Part shown: positions 1 to 12,621 of the stretch, in pieces
How positions within the stretch are numbered: position 1 is the stretch's first letter
Layout: the number at the start of each line of letters is the position of its first letter
NCBI GenBank assembly: GCA_010093705.1
Contig: MU006089.1
Coordinates: forward strand, 2,219,561-2,283,560
Length of the DNA stretch: 64,000 bases
Reading direction: 5' to 3'
Source of the DNA: Patellaria atrata CBS 101060
Taxonomy: Eukaryota
Made by a program: the position numbers and the translations under genes
Notes under the pieces: model-generated
The model's input: the letters and a program-made list of their open reading frames with translations, nothing else
The model's database searches: none
What the model was told of the DNA's origin: nothing

Positions 1-12
1 CAGTCAGCTTCC

Positions 13-1236
13 GTGGAGATGTATCCGAAAAAGAGTGAACGCGTCGAAGGCAGAATGAAATATGTCCGAATCGATCCCCCATGGTCCCGGACTGTGACAG
101 CTGCACTCTGCTTTGTCGGTATCTGCGGTATTATTCTCCTGTTCCAACTGCGTCGTAAAAGTGGACTTCTGAGCGATCCCAAAGGCATTGCAGGCATAGC
201 TGCTATGGCTACCAGGAGTCACATTCTCAGTGACTTCAACGGACTAGATACAGCTAATCACAATAAAATCCATAAGCAGCTAAAAAACCGCCGCTATATT
301 CTCCATAAAAGCTCTCTCTGGCAGGGAGAGTATATCAAGCACACGGCCGCTGACCACAAATCCGACCAGAAACGGCCTGAGAACCCGCACCCACTCATGT
401 TACGCCTCAAAGCTGGGGTGCCATATATCATATTCCTACTCGTATTTGCCGGCTTCATCCCCATTTGCATGTTCGTCGAAGGTGCCAACATCATTACAGA
501 AAAGCTGCCTTGGTTTCTTACCGCGGTTGCTACCATTATCAAGTTGATCTGGAGTACTCTTGATTGCGATGTTAGGATGATAGAACCTTTCTATATCCTC
601 TCCCGCCGTCACGCTTCACCCCGCACTCTTACCCTCGATTACACAGGCACCGTACCTGGCTGGCTGCCTATCAAAGCAGCTATTAACAGACACTACCTCG
701 TCGCACTAGTTGGACTTGGCGCCGTGCTGACCGAAGTGCTTACAGTTTGCGTCTCATCGTTTAGCGTGGACGGAAAGAAGTTCATCTCCGGCAAAGGCGA
801 CGAGCTAGATGACGACGAAAGTCAGGGTGATTCCCGCGACAACAGCGGCGAGACCTTCAAATCGTTTTGGGTGTCTTTCGGTCTCGCCCTCGGTATCCTC
901 CTCTATCTCTTCCTCATCGCCTGCCTCGTCTATTTAAAACGTCGCCACAAGTTTCTGCCGCGCCAACCAGGAACCATCGCCTCAGTATTAGCGTTCATCC
1001 ACCAGAGCAAGATGTTGGTGGATTTCGTGAATACCGAAACGTTCAATAGTAAGCAAATGACTCAGTACTTGGAGCGTTTGCCGAAGACGTATGCGCTGGG
1101 TTGGTTTAGCGGCAGAGATGGCGAGGACCACTGCGGCGTCGATGAGGAGGAGATCTTGGCAGAGTATCAGCATGGTGTTGATTGGACGAAGAGTAGGTTG
1201 TTGGGTGGCCATATTGGGACGTGGGAGCATTATTAA
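13..1236 (+). CDS. 3' part of a multi-pass membrane protein, DUF3433-like; 5' end lies upstream of the window
   Basis: Long ORF with several hydrophobic helices. Motifs such as 'DVRMIEPFYILSRRHASPRTLTLDY' and 'LPRQPGTIASVLAFI' resemble fungal DUF3433 proteins. Confidence 0.65.
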   Translation: MEMYPKKSERVEGRMKYVRIDPPWSRTVTAALCFVGICGIILLFQLRRKSGLLSDPKGIAGIAAMATRSHILSDFNGLDTANHNKIHKQLKNRRYILHKSSLWQGEYIKHTAADHKSDQKRPENPHPLMLRLKAGVPYIIFLLVFAGFIPICMFVEGANIITEKLPWFLTAVATIIKLIWSTLDCDVRMIEPFYILSRRHASPRTLTLDYTGTVPGWLPIKAAINRHYLVALVGLGAVLTEVLTVCVSSFSVDGKKFISGKGDELDDDESQGDSRDNSGETFKSFWVSFGLALGILLYLFLIACLVYLKRRHKFLPRQPGTIASVLAFIHQSKMLVDFVNTETFNSKQMTQYLERLPKTYALGWFSGRDGEDHCGVDEEEILAEYQHGVDWTKSRLLGGHIGTWEHY

Positions 1237-2088
1237 GACGGACAGGCGCCTCTTTCTTTTGGTAAATAAATAAATGGGAGTAAGGTGGGATATGTTGGGT
1301 TACAGGTAAGGTGTTTTGAAATGATCAATACTGGTTTATGTTTTTAGGCTGCGGAATATTTTGTGTATGGGATATCTAATGTTACGTTTATGTTGGGCGG
1401 ATATTGTGTCTATATTATACCCTATCTTTTAGCTGTTGATATAGCATTTACGGCAGTACGGTATTTTTATGGAATTCTGGGTGTCTCTTTTTGTATTATG
1501 TCACCAATCGAAATCATCTTTCGTAAAGCGCGATAAGCTTGCGGACATAATTCACACCGTTCTCTCAACCCAAGGATATAGGATCGCAAGAGATGTTGAA
1601 TAAACAACGTGGCCAATGTTTTTCATCTTCAATTGCGTTAGTAGGTAGTCCGTACCAGAAATCTTATTGGAACATCCACCAGATCCAATATGGAAGAGGA
1701 CGTCACTGGTAAATGAAAAGAAAAGTAAGTGACTACCTCACCCAGTTATACCACACGGATAACAAAACGTTGTATTTGTATTTCGACTGTCAAGAAGACG
1801 TATGCTATGATTGATTATGCTTTATATTAGATTCTCTTTATTAAACACTGGTGGCATGGGATGACAAGCATCAGCCGCCATACCCTATGGGGTCAGCCCA
1901 TTAAGCCGTGCAACAGACAAGGTCCCCATGTTCCTCCGGGAGTTGATGCCCAGACTCATCTTCTCTTTATATTTTCTGTTCTTCAAACATGACTGCATCT
2001 ACCGCTCAGGTTCTTATAACCACCTTTTCCAGATGGCCTTGTAAACAGTCGATATCCGACTGATGGCGCCGTCAATCCGGGAAACCCG

Positions 2089-4651
2089 ATGGATCCTCAC
2101 TCGCTACGTGCGAGTTCAAATAAGACCACTCGGTCCAAAAGAGCTGCATGCCTTAGCTGTAGAAGAAGTAAAATAAGATGCATTAGAGGGAGCGATGATT
2201 CGATATGTGAAAAATGTCATCAAAGCAATACCGAGTGTGTAGTTCCAGAAGACTACCACGTCGGACGACAGAAGGGCATTAAGAAGTGCGTTCAACTTCC
2301 TTCCTATGACAGATTGGTCTGATCATTGAGACTGTAAAGCAAGCGGACAGGCCTGGATAAAGCTCTGCATCAAATTGAACAAGCTCTCAAAAAATCAAAG
2401 GCTACTGGATCACCTTTGGCAAATCCTTCTGGGAGGTCCATACCAGAACTCGAAAATCTACTCAGTGAAGCGCAATCTCAACTAAGTCCAACTACACCTA
2501 ACAAAGCCACGACAGAGCAGAACGGGGCACCTGGCAGCACCGCATCAACGCAGCATATTAATCAAGATGATAATCTGGCGTTAGATGATGCTGAAAACCC
2601 TCTTCAGCTGCTCGCGCGAGCGTCAGAAGCTCGACTTCCCCAATCCTCTAGACAAAAAGCACATTTGTCTGTGTCACCGCAGTCATATTCGTCTACCAAT
2701 GGTCATTCTACGAGCGAGTCTGATGAAGCTAACGTCAGCTGGTTCTTCGTCCCAGTACGGGCACATTTGGATGTTGGCAGAGATCTGGATCCCATTGATC
2801 TCGGCCTTGCCACTTTAGAAGAAGCTGAAACGCTATTTAGATAGTATGACTCCGTATAGACTCTGCTGGCCTGAGTTATAACCTAACCAATTCCGTAGTT
2901 TCTATCAAAAGCTCTCACACACCCGTTGGGGGCTTGATCCAACTATCCATACCCTCGACTTTGTTAGATCTCAATCGGCGTTTCTCTTCACATCGATACT
3001 GGCTGGATCTGCGCTGTTTATCCCATCAGAGGCAGCTCTCTCGAAGCGTTTATCAAACCACCGAGACCTTCTAGCTCAACGCGTCATATTAGGTCGTAAC
3101 CGCTCCGTCGAGATCGTCCTAGCGTTCATGCTCAATGTGCCGTGGATGTCCCCAGGAGAGCGATCTTCCGATGACGAGACCTGCTCATATATGGCGATGG
3201 CTTTGAAAGTGGCCATTGATCTTTCGTTAAACAAAACCGTCGTGCCTGTGCTTCCTATGGATTATTGTTATTCAACACGATTATCAAAATCCGACTGCAT
3301 AGATAGTAGAAAAGCGTTGGTTATGGACGGATTCAACAATGTCGATCCAGATTCGGTTTGGGGCCGACGATTGTTACGAAGACGAGAAAGAGCGTGGATA
3401 TCATTATTCGTTTTAGAAAGAGGTGTCTGTCTAGCTCGCGGAAGGAGCTTCACAGTTCCAGTCAATCCATTAATCAAGAACTGCGAAATGTGGCATGTTT
3501 CGGATATTCGCGATACTCAAGATGGTTCGATTGCTTCTATGGCAGTGTTGAGACGTGACCTGGTGAGCATAGCAGAACACCTGGGTCAGCAACTATAATA
3601 ACCTTAGCAACAGGACTCACTATTTAGGAGCGTGAGGTCAAGTTGTGATAATTACAAAGATACCGATATTGGTTCGGAGATCGCTCGCTCGTATGATTTC
3701 AAGATCTGTTGCTAGCTTGACACATAATGACTTTCGTCTAGGATTAAGAGAACGATTGAGGCTTTCTACGATCGATGGTACGCAAAGTGGGCATTTGCGA
3801 TAGGTGAAGGAGAGCGTAAGTGTGCCTAATGTTTCCTCTTCCCTCAGATAATCTGATACTTTGTGGTGGAACAAGTCAGCTGGTGACAGTGCTAATGCAG
3901 CTTGGACAAGAGTAATATGCATTATATTGACTGGGCTACAGGGCGTACGTTACCGCCGTATGTCGAAATCCTTGTGATACATACAAGACTTTCCACCTAC
4001 AGTGGCGTCATCAATCACCCAACAGCGCCGGTAGAGGTAAAACACTTCTTCAGAGCAGCCGGTTTATCCGCCTCACTCAACGTGATGCGTGCTGCTATTC
4101 AAGGCGAGACAAGACTGAAATCAATGCCGAACAATACGGCAATTATGATATCGTTCGCAGCCTGCTTTGCCCTAGGCTTGAGTGGTGCAATGTCCGGGAA
4201 TAACTCGAATTTGGCACCGAGCGTACGCAACCTTATTGAAGAAGTGGCGGATGTGCTAGAACGAATAGGTGCAACACCTAGCCATAGAAACGGAGCTTCA
4301 GTTCTGTATGGCAGATACCTTCGGGGCTTAGTGAGGCGCGTTCCTGAAAGATCTATTACTGCACCAGAGATGAATTTCAATAGAATGGCTACAGTTGACT
4401 CCCATCATGAGATGCATGGAGCTGGACTCTATCCACCAGGAGCGAATACGATCCGTGCGAGAACCACCACCCCCGGACTAGATGATGCAGGCAACCTATG
4501 CTGGCAGTTTTCTGCGATGTCGAATAACCAGATTGACGACGCAATAGATCAAGCAGATACAGCATGGGATACCGCTATCACAGCTGTTTCGTGGGACAAT
4601 ATAACCGGCTTAGATTGGTTTGATTGGGGTAATGGGGACTTTGGGTTTTAA
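2089..4651 (+). CDS. Zn(II)2Cys6 fungal transcription factor (multi-exon)
   Basis: Binuclear cluster motif ACLSCRRSKIRC-x7-CEKCHQSNTEC, followed by 'ENPLQLLA' and a fungal TF middle region ('RRRERAWISLFVLERGVCLARGR'). Several GT-AG introns; the exact start is uncertain. Confidence 0.85.
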
Positions 4652-5533
4652 AGCCAGCAAGGTAACCCTTTCTCAAGCTTGAATCTAGGAGATTCGCGAG
4701 AAGGCTCATGGGGTATTTGGCTACCCTTTCGATGATATACACAAACAGGATCTATGGAGTCAAACATCAACCAGCGTCTACGTCTCACGCATGATATCGT
4801 GCACTCATACAATGAGAAAGATAATGTCTCCCTTTCATCACGGCTCAAACCCAAAATGGAATCCTCGACCAACCAACATTAATCAAATAATCTCTCCACG
4901 TGACTTCTCCAGGCTATTCTCACATCATACGGGTGCAGTCTGAGCAAATATCCGGTTAGGAAAGACCTGATGTCAGGATCTGAATCACTTCATGGCTCTG
5001 ATGGCTAGAACCATAAGCTCAAATCAATTCACTCATGTGCCAGGATTGGTTCAAAGTCCCTCAATAATATTTATTGAAATGGAGAGATTAAATCCCCCGG
5101 TGATTAAATGACTAGCGTTCTGAAAAGCTACTGGAACCCTTGAAAGAATCACAGAACAGCTTTCGGACGAAATTCTCAGGTTGGGTGTGGATTCAGACTC
5201 GTAGTTATGACATAGGACACCGTTTGACTGAGCTTTAATCAATATGAGAGTACTTACGAACATAAACCTGATATTATAAAAATCAAGCGTTCCAGATACA
5301 TATCACATAACAACATAGAAACTTAGGTGTGACCGGGTGCGTCATAATTTTTAAGATCGGCTGTTGGGAATACCTTATACAGATGAAATTTTCGTGCTTC
5401 AAAGTTTTAGGCGTTAAATACTCAGCATCTTGAGAGATCTCGCCTCTCATCTTCAAGATCATCTGTAAGTTAGCTATTCATTACTCAGTTATGATGGTGC
5501 CGTGCTCGCCCAGGCCAGAAAAGGTTGGAGGAC

Positions 5534-5541
5534 TGACGTCA
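5534..5541. promoter_or_regulatory. CRE/ATF palindrome TGACGTCA upstream of the dehydrin-like gene
   Basis: Perfect TGACGTCA within CTGACGTCAG, about 700 bp upstream of the ATG at 6245. A TATA-like TATATAAG lies at about 6092. Confidence 0.35.
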
Positions 5542-6244
5542 GAAGTTACTTTCCACAGAATTTCCCGTTTAGGAATAAGGGCTACACCTAGAAGCGAACT
5601 TGGAAACCTACATTCAACTTCAGAGCCCCGTCCGGTAACAGCACGTGAGCACGCAAGCAGTGATGTCAGGTACGAGAATTGTTTGAGCCCATTTCAAGTT
5701 TGAAAGGGACCTAAGAAGCCGAACTTCTTGTCACGCGTCGTGCCACATACTAAGAATATACCAAGAATATGACGGCGAATAGGCGATTGGCGGAACTTCA
5801 GCCCTGGACCATGACGAAGGGGAGATCCATCGGGCGATCGACCCTGTGGCTGCGTAATGTCCTGTCAGGGTTTCGGTTGTGGCAGTTCCATACCCAGTTA
5901 GGCATCCGGAAGGTTTGAGGTATGTGGGGTACTTAGGTAACGAGCGAGAAGAGCCTCAATCCGGATTTTGGGTCATCTTGCAGTCGAAGAGACGTGGGAG
6001 AGTGGAATATGACGAAGTCACCTGCTATGGGAAGACGTTATTGTCGCAAACAGAATACTCATAGTCATTTGCTCTTTCCCATCTTACGAGTTATATAAGA
6101 ACAGTTCTCACCTCCACTAACCTGTCCTTTCTTCTCCCATCAACATCAACTCTCTACAAAGCAAAGCAATCCGAACTTTCCAAGCATACAAGCACATCAA
6201 AACCCACGTTACCACCTCAATTTCAATTCGAACAATCAATTACA

Positions 6245-7143
6245 ATGAATACTCGCGGAATGACTGGTGATACTGGCTCTGGCAATGCCCCAGAGAACTA
6301 CTCCTCTACCAACCATGGACCTCACTCTTCCAACATCATGAACAAGTTGGATCCTAGAGTCGATAGCGACCGTGGTACGCAATAACTTATCCCCATACTT
6401 TCAAACATCTACTAACTTTAATAGACAATCGTGCTGACGGTCCCGGTCTGACAAGCAGTCATGGCACAACCGGCCACACTGCTGGTTTGACTGGCACTCA
6501 TGGCACCACTGGTAACTCGACTGGCTTGACCGGCAGCCACGGCACTACAAGCCACTCCACCAACGCCGGACCCCACTCATCCAATGTCATGAACAAGTTG
6601 GACCCGACCGTCGACAGTGATCGTGATGGTCGCTCGGGGCTTACTGGCCCAACCGGCGCCACCGGTCATTCTTCAGGATTGACTGGCTCCCATGGCACTA
6701 CCGGTCACTCAACAGGCCTGACTGGCTCTCACGGTACGACGGGTCACTCCACTGGCTTGACCGGCAGCACTGGGACTTCCACCAATGCAGGACCTCATTC
6801 CTCCAACCTCATGAACAAGTTAGATCCCACCGTTGACAGTGATCGGGACGGCCGTTCAGTTGTTCCCGGCACAACCGGCCACTCAACCGGTCTGACCGGT
6901 ACTCACGGCACCACGGGTCACTCCACTGGTCTGACCGGTACCCACGGCACCACCGGCTCTACCAACCACGGCCCTCACTCCAGCAACTTGGCGAACGCAG
7001 CCGACCCGAGGGTCGACTCTGATCGTTCGGGTCATACCTCAACTCTGACTGGTAACACCACGACTGGAACGACTGGTGGTTCGCACCCCCCTCATAGCTC
7101 GTCACTTCTCAACAAGCTTGATCCTCGTGTCAAGACTTCTTAA
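6245..7143 (+). CDS. Fungal dehydrin-like (DPR-repeat) stress protein
   Basis: ATG at 6245; intron 6375-6424 (GTACGC...CTAAC...TAG). Five GPHSSN-x-NKLDP(R/T)VDSD-type repeats are separated by G/T/H/S-rich 'GLTGSHGTTGHST' repeats. Confidence 0.8.
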
Positions 7144-8050
7144 ACATGTCTTACAGTCGACGACAGCCCGCTTATGTGGTATGCCTACAACCGTCTTTAT
7201 GACCAAGCAAGAAAGATGCCATGCAAATCCAGCTATATGGCTTAGCCGGATACGAAGATACCAATTAGATACCTACTTGTAATTTTAGCAGTTGAAATGG
7301 AACGAAATATTCCTACCTCTCTCGCCCTTTGATGGCTTTTTGTTGATCGTGATATGCTGTCCCCATCCATTTAGTGAAAATCTAATCTACTATGAGTTTG
7401 CTCTTCGCCGCGTCAACTACTTTACTCTACTTGCATCTGACAAAGTAGTTTGAATAAAGTGAGCGGCTGGTGGACGATCGATTAGCTGCTCATGGCTCGA
7501 AAAGCTATTGACATGTCAATTTCGAGCTTTCGTCGGTAGAAGTCACTCAATTCACGACCGAAGGGTAGGTGATAGAGCTCTAAAAGGTTCCGTGGACCAA
7601 TGTTAACTTACCGTTTGGATGATATGCAGAGAACTTACGGACATGTTACACAATAAAAACACGAGGAAAGGCCAAATACATGGGGTACCAAACAGGCAAA
7701 GGAACTAAAGTCAGTAATGCGCACAGTGAAGAATGAGGACATCGTTATAACTGTTTGGGGTATCATTGATTCTACGGTCTACATGCAGGAAGAACACACG
7801 AGCGCTAATGGTAACAGCGTCGATGTTCAACCCTTGACCTTTTTCAACTGCCTCCTATACATGCCATATATCGTCTGACTCCAGCGTGGATTATCGCTGG
7901 AAACATGACGGGCTCGGCCTGATCTCATCCTTCAACCTCTGATATTATTTGTACAAATGTTTGCAATGGACGTTGTGTTGCCATGTGCTCGATATATTCG
8001 CCTGTCGCATCACTGGACTCGTGATGGACAGGGCTCACTCATCACTGAAC

Positions 8051-11000
8051 TTACGATTCGCTTGGCCTGAATTCGTCCTTCAAAACCCACCTGCCCCTGC
8101 CAGAGCTGAGTCCCGGTTCCAGGTTAGCGATCCGGCGGAGCAGAGCCTTGAACTCCTCGATCCTCGCCGCATCGCCGTTCATCTGGTACTGGAAGTGGTT
8201 CGTGAGCATCCTGGAGGGAACTGAGCCGCCATGGAGGAGGATAAAGTCTCGCAGTTGGGCCAAGACCACCGTGGGCGGCTGACGGTTTCCCTGTAGAGGA
8301 ATGGCGGGGCGGCCGGGTGGTCCGCTTCCTGGGCGATTGGAAACGTTGCGTTGACCGCTTGACAGACGCGATAGGACTGCTGAGGATGAAGGGCCGCCGC
8401 GGCCACCGCGACCACCGCCTCGGACTGCAGGTGGAACCCGTTGAGTTGCTTGTGGATTCGGACGCGATAGAACTGCTGAGGGTGAAGGACCGCCGCGGCT
8501 ACCGCGACCACCGTCGCGTGGTGAAGGTGGAACCCATTGCTTTGACGGAGGACGGCCACTGACACCAAAGGCACCAGTCCAAGTTGGTGTCCCTGCAGGA
8601 ACGGTACGAGCGATTTCAGCGTTGCGTTGGAGCTCTTTAGCTGCTTCTGCGGCGACGCGTCTCGCTTCACGCGCGATATCCTCGGGATCGGCCTCAATCT
8701 TACGCTTGTCGCCGCTGTTAGAGGCGAGGATGGCGTCGTGTTCGAGCGCGGACTGGACGCCATTGCCAGCGAAAATGGCGGAGAGGAGGCGGTCGTTCCT
8801 GGAGCATGCATTCTCTTGTTTGGTGTCCTCATTATTGCGAAATTCTTCTTCACGCGCAACGGCGTGGATGTCTGCAATCTCGGTGTCAGTGGGCGGTGTT
8901 GGGATTCCTTCGCTCTGATCTTTGGAATCTTTATTGGAGAATTTGACTTCCGTGCCCTTGAAAATAGTGCTGGTCTCAGTCTCTCCATCATCTGAGCCCA
9001 AGGCAAACAAGTCATGCAAATCGCGCAACTGAAAAGTCTGGCGTTGTTTTGGATCTCGCAAAATCTTGTTCGATAGGAACTGTTTGAAGATCTGACGATG
9101 ATAAATCTTCTCCTCAATAGTGCCTGCGGTCATGAGACGGTAGACCTCGACTTCCCTCTTCTGACCTAAACGCCATGCTCGCTCACGTGCCTGCACATCC
9201 GTCGAAGGGTTCCAATCGGGGTCATAGATGATGATTCGATTCGCCCCGGTGAGGTTCACGCCGAGACCTCCGACCTTAGTGGTGAGAAGGAAGACATGCA
9301 TTTCGGAATCGTTATTGAAATCATCTACCATAGTCTGCCTGTCTTTAATCGCCGTCTTTCCATCCATACGACAGTAATTGAAACCATCCATCGATCTGAT
9401 CAGCTTCTCTAAGATGTCTATCGTAATACGATGTTGAGCGAACAAAAGAGCCTTATACCCGCCTTTCTTCCACGTTTCAAGCAGAGCTTTGACGACGTGC
9501 ATTTTCCCAGACTTGCTAATTCGTCCATAATCATAGTCACTCTTCTTAGAGAGGTTTTTGTGGTCAACGAGATCAGGATGGTTGCAGATCTTACGAAGTA
9601 TGTCGACGCCATACAAGGGCTGACGCCTGCCATTCATGATAGACTTCATTTCTTCCGAATTTAGGAAGATCTCATATGACTGTCGTTGTATTTTGGTCAG
9701 TTTGCAGAACAAGACTCGCTCACGCTTCTGAGGAAGATCAGTCGCCACGTCGACCTTATAGCGCTGGAGAAGGTACCCGCTAATGGTCTCCTTCAAGGTT
9801 TCCGCACATTTTATCGCGGTTTGGACCTGGAGATTCGAGGCATTCGCATAGCCTCCTATCTGAATTGGGATTCCAAACTGTGTACGAAAGCTGACGAGAG
9901 TACCAAGGCGCATTGGAAATACGAAGTCGAACAACGACCAGAGTTCCGTCAAATTGTTTTGCATCGGTGTACCCGACAATATGATCCGATTGGGCGTTTT
10001 AAGCTCCTTGCAGTAAATCGTGATACCTGCATTCGGGTTACGGATCTTATGGCCCTCGTCTAGAACTACGTATTGCCACTTAGTAGGTATGATATACTCC
10101 GCATAGCTCTGGAGACCTGTATATGTTGTAATTAATACGTGACCTTCCTTTATCGCTTTATCGACAATATCCTTGGCCACATTCGGGAACTTAGACGACC
10201 TCTTCACTTTTTCGTATGAGGAACCGGCTAGCTCGTCTTCACGGCGGGTTTCGCTTCGAATACTTACCATACCACTTCCAGAAGAATGTAGGATGGAGAC
10301 TCGGAGCGGAGGCCACCAGCGGTGGAATTCATTTACCCATTGCTTCATGACCGTAGCTGGGGTGACGATAAGAACAGGTTTCGTGAGCATCTTGGAGTAA
10401 TGTAAACCAGCTATGAATGAGATGGCTTGTATTGTCTTGCCAAGACCCATCTCGTCCCCTATGATTCCGCCGACCTGTTGAGAGTACAACTCCGAGAGCC
10501 ACTTAACGCCAGTCTTCTGGTAATCGAACAAACTGGGATAGATATCGCCTGGTATGCGTAAGCCGCCATCGAGCGTGGTATCAGGTATGCTGGGGTGTGG
10601 TAAATAGCATTCCTCGGCACCGCTCTCGAGTGCCTCTTCAAAAACTCCCTCAGCTGTGCTGGAATGTCCTGTTTCCCTAGCTACCCGCCTCGCTACACTT
10701 CGCCGTTCAATCCAGCTTCCTACCCTTATCTGAAATACTTTCTCATTGCCATCATCAATACCAGTTAGGTCTTCCACTTCGTCAGAATGAAACTTCTTTT
10801 TTTCCTTCCCGGCGGCCTTGCGTTTCCCGGAAGCCGGGATGGTATCCATGGGGAACATATCTTCAAAATCAACCTCGGAATCTTCCGATTCTCCTAATGC
10901 AGCTAGCTGGCGATCATTTAGCTCGGGCTCAAATTCATCATCGGAGCCGTCTCCTATAGATTCATTCAGGGTATCTGCAGTGCCATCCGGACGCTTTTGC

Positions 11001-11785
11001 TTCTTGATTGGTCGTTCAGCTGAGGACTTAGTTGCCCTGACATCTTCAAATCCAGGCTTGGTGAGGTTGCGATGTGACCTTGGCTGTTCGGCGCTTGTGA
11101 CTATAGGGTTTTCTTCTTCAATATCACTAACATCATCACCCATCTCCGCGTCAAGCATTGCTTCCTCTAGATTTGAGAATAGCCGAGCAGGTTTCCGGAC
11201 CTTGGAAAAAGGAGTGATTTTGCCAGTCCGGATAAGAAAGTCCCTCTCAGATTCGTGAGGCAACCGACCCTTACAAGTTTCCACATTTTCGGATCGAGGA
11301 TGAGCGTGACGCTCATCGATACGACTTTGAATTTGCTCGAGTTCCGTGTTGATACCATCAAGACGAGTTTGTGTCTGGAGAATATCTGAGCGTATCTTGT
11401 TCTTAACTGCAGAGCTGCCAGGTTGTAACAGACGCCGTTCCAGCGTGTTTAATTCTCCCGTGAGTCTCAGTTTCTGTACTTGCGTCTTTTCTAAGCGCTT
11501 TTTATCCCGCTCGTCAGCTTGTTCGGTGAGAATTTGGTCCGCTTGACGACCAATGTCCCGCTCCAAGTCATCTTGATCGCGAACCGACGTTCCAAGCAAG
11601 GCGAGCCTTGCCTCACCATCCAAATGGCTTCCAGCTGCCTCCAAATTTCCATTCTCGTCCTCTTCATTGTTGGTGATGGTCTCTATCAGCGATGTAGGGT
11701 TTTCAAAATTGATAGGGGCGACTCCCACTAGCTGATGCCCACTACCTTCAGTCGAGTGGTCTGGGCATGTCCCTGATTGTGACAT
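8051..11785 (-). CDS. RAD26: Transcription-coupled repair SNF2 ATPase Rad26/Rhp26 (CSB/ERCC6 homolog)
   Basis: Motifs 'ERDFLIRTGKITPF', 'GGIIGDEMGLGKT', 'LDEGHKIRN', 'GGYANASNLQV' and 'YDPDWNPSTDVQARERAWRLGQ', plus a C-terminal winged-helix-like 'FKALLRRIA...WVLK'. Likely ATG at 11785. Confidence 0.93.
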   Translation of the reverse strand: MSQSGTCPDHSTEGSGHQLVGVAPINFENPTSLIETITNNEEDENGNLEAAGSHLDGEARLALLGTSVRDQDDLERDIGRQADQILTEQADERDKKRLEKTQVQKLRLTGELNTLERRLLQPGSSAVKNKIRSDILQTQTRLDGINTELEQIQSRIDERHAHPRSENVETCKGRLPHESERDFLIRTGKITPFSKVRKPARLFSNLEEAMLDAEMGDDVSDIEEENPIVTSAEQPRSHRNLTKPGFEDVRATKSSAERPIKKQKRPDGTADTLNESIGDGSDDEFEPELNDRQLAALGESEDSEVDFEDMFPMDTIPASGKRKAAGKEKKKFHSDEVEDLTGIDDGNEKVFQIRVGSWIERRSVARRVARETGHSSTAEGVFEEALESGAEECYLPHPSIPDTTLDGGLRIPGDIYPSLFDYQKTGVKWLSELYSQQVGGIIGDEMGLGKTIQAISFIAGLHYSKMLTKPVLIVTPATVMKQWVNEFHRWWPPLRVSILHSSGSGMVSIRSETRREDELAGSSYEKVKRSSKFPNVAKDIVDKAIKEGHVLITTYTGLQSYAEYIIPTKWQYVVLDEGHKIRNPNAGITIYCKELKTPNRIILSGTPMQNNLTELWSLFDFVFPMRLGTLVSFRTQFGIPIQIGGYANASNLQVQTAIKCAETLKETISGYLLQRYKVDVATDLPQKRERVLFCKLTKIQRQSYEIFLNSEEMKSIMNGRRQPLYGVDILRKICNHPDLVDHKNLSKKSDYDYGRISKSGKMHVVKALLETWKKGGYKALLFAQHRITIDILEKLIRSMDGFNYCRMDGKTAIKDRQTMVDDFNNDSEMHVFLLTTKVGGLGVNLTGANRIIIYDPDWNPSTDVQARERAWRLGQKREVEVYRLMTAGTIEEKIYHRQIFKQFLSNKILRDPKQRQTFQLRDLHDLFALGSDDGETETSTIFKGTEVKFSNKDSKDQSEGIPTPPTDTEIADIHAVAREEEFRNNEDTKQENACSRNDRLLSAIFAGNGVQSALEHDAILASNSGDKRKIEADPEDIAREARRVAAEAAKELQRNAEIARTVPAGTPTWTGAFGVSGRPPSKQWVPPSPRDGGRGSRGGPSPSAVLSRPNPQATQRVPPAVRGGGRGGRGGPSSSAVLSRLSSGQRNVSNRPGSGPPGRPAIPLQGNRQPPTVVLAQLRDFILLHGGSVPSRMLTNHFQYQMNGDAARIEEFKALLRRIANLEPGLSSGRGRWVLKDEFRPSES

Positions 11786-12621
11786 GTTGGATACAGCGGC
11801 TAGGCTGTGAGAAATTAAATGAACGTCGATGCGTGCGCGAAGCGATGTTAACCAGTGGTTATTCGAAAGGAACGTTGTCGCGAAGAACGGGGTGGCGAGA
11901 GACGAAGTAAACAGTAGTAAACAAGCGGAAGTTTGAGCAAGATAGCTCCGCGACAATGTCGCTTATCGTGCCGTAGTGCCCCTCATCAGAAATTACGCGA
12001 GGGTTTGTGGAGCTTGAATACTCGAGGTTGTGAATAGAAAATGTGTGCGAAAGTGAATTGAAGAAAAACGCGCAGCAACGTGAATGTAGTTCGTCATTGC
12101 AGCCTTATTACGGCAGACCACGCAGGCCCTGTACGTCGGTGTCTCGGTTAGCTCTAGTGCATGATCACGTGTTCGGTAGAACTACGGATGAAGGAGCCGC
12201 CATCCCCTTAAACTCCATCGCCAGAAGGTAATTTGTCCCTTTCCCCTCATCTCAGCATCCTCACTTTACAAGGACTCCCATCTCTGTCTGAGCTTTCGGC
12301 TGAGCTTTGATTGAGGGATATCAAGCTTTAGTTTCTCCGTCCTGTCAGTCACGGTGATGGACGATCAATGGGAAGTATTGCACGTTTAGCCAATAATTTC
12401 ACCTTTTTGGCATCTCTCCATGTCAAGACTGTTCGATCTGAATATGACGGATTTACGTCTCTAAACTGCTCTTAATAGGTTTTACGAACTCCGCATATTG
12501 ATATTTTGCCATATACAGGGTAATTTACCTCCATAGCGTCTTAGAAGATGGTATATAAAAATGCACTCTCCTCTGGTCCTGCGATTACAAGTAAATCAGA
12601 AGTATACCATCCTCCGTCATC

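Noticed and set aside
6245..7143. Regularly spaced repeats resembling a CRISPR array
   Set aside because: The repeats are in-frame coding units with synonymous variation in a spliced eukaryotic gene.
8179..9117. 312-aa alternative-frame ORF inside RAD26
   Set aside because: Shadow ORF in GC-rich coding sequence with no recognisable motifs.
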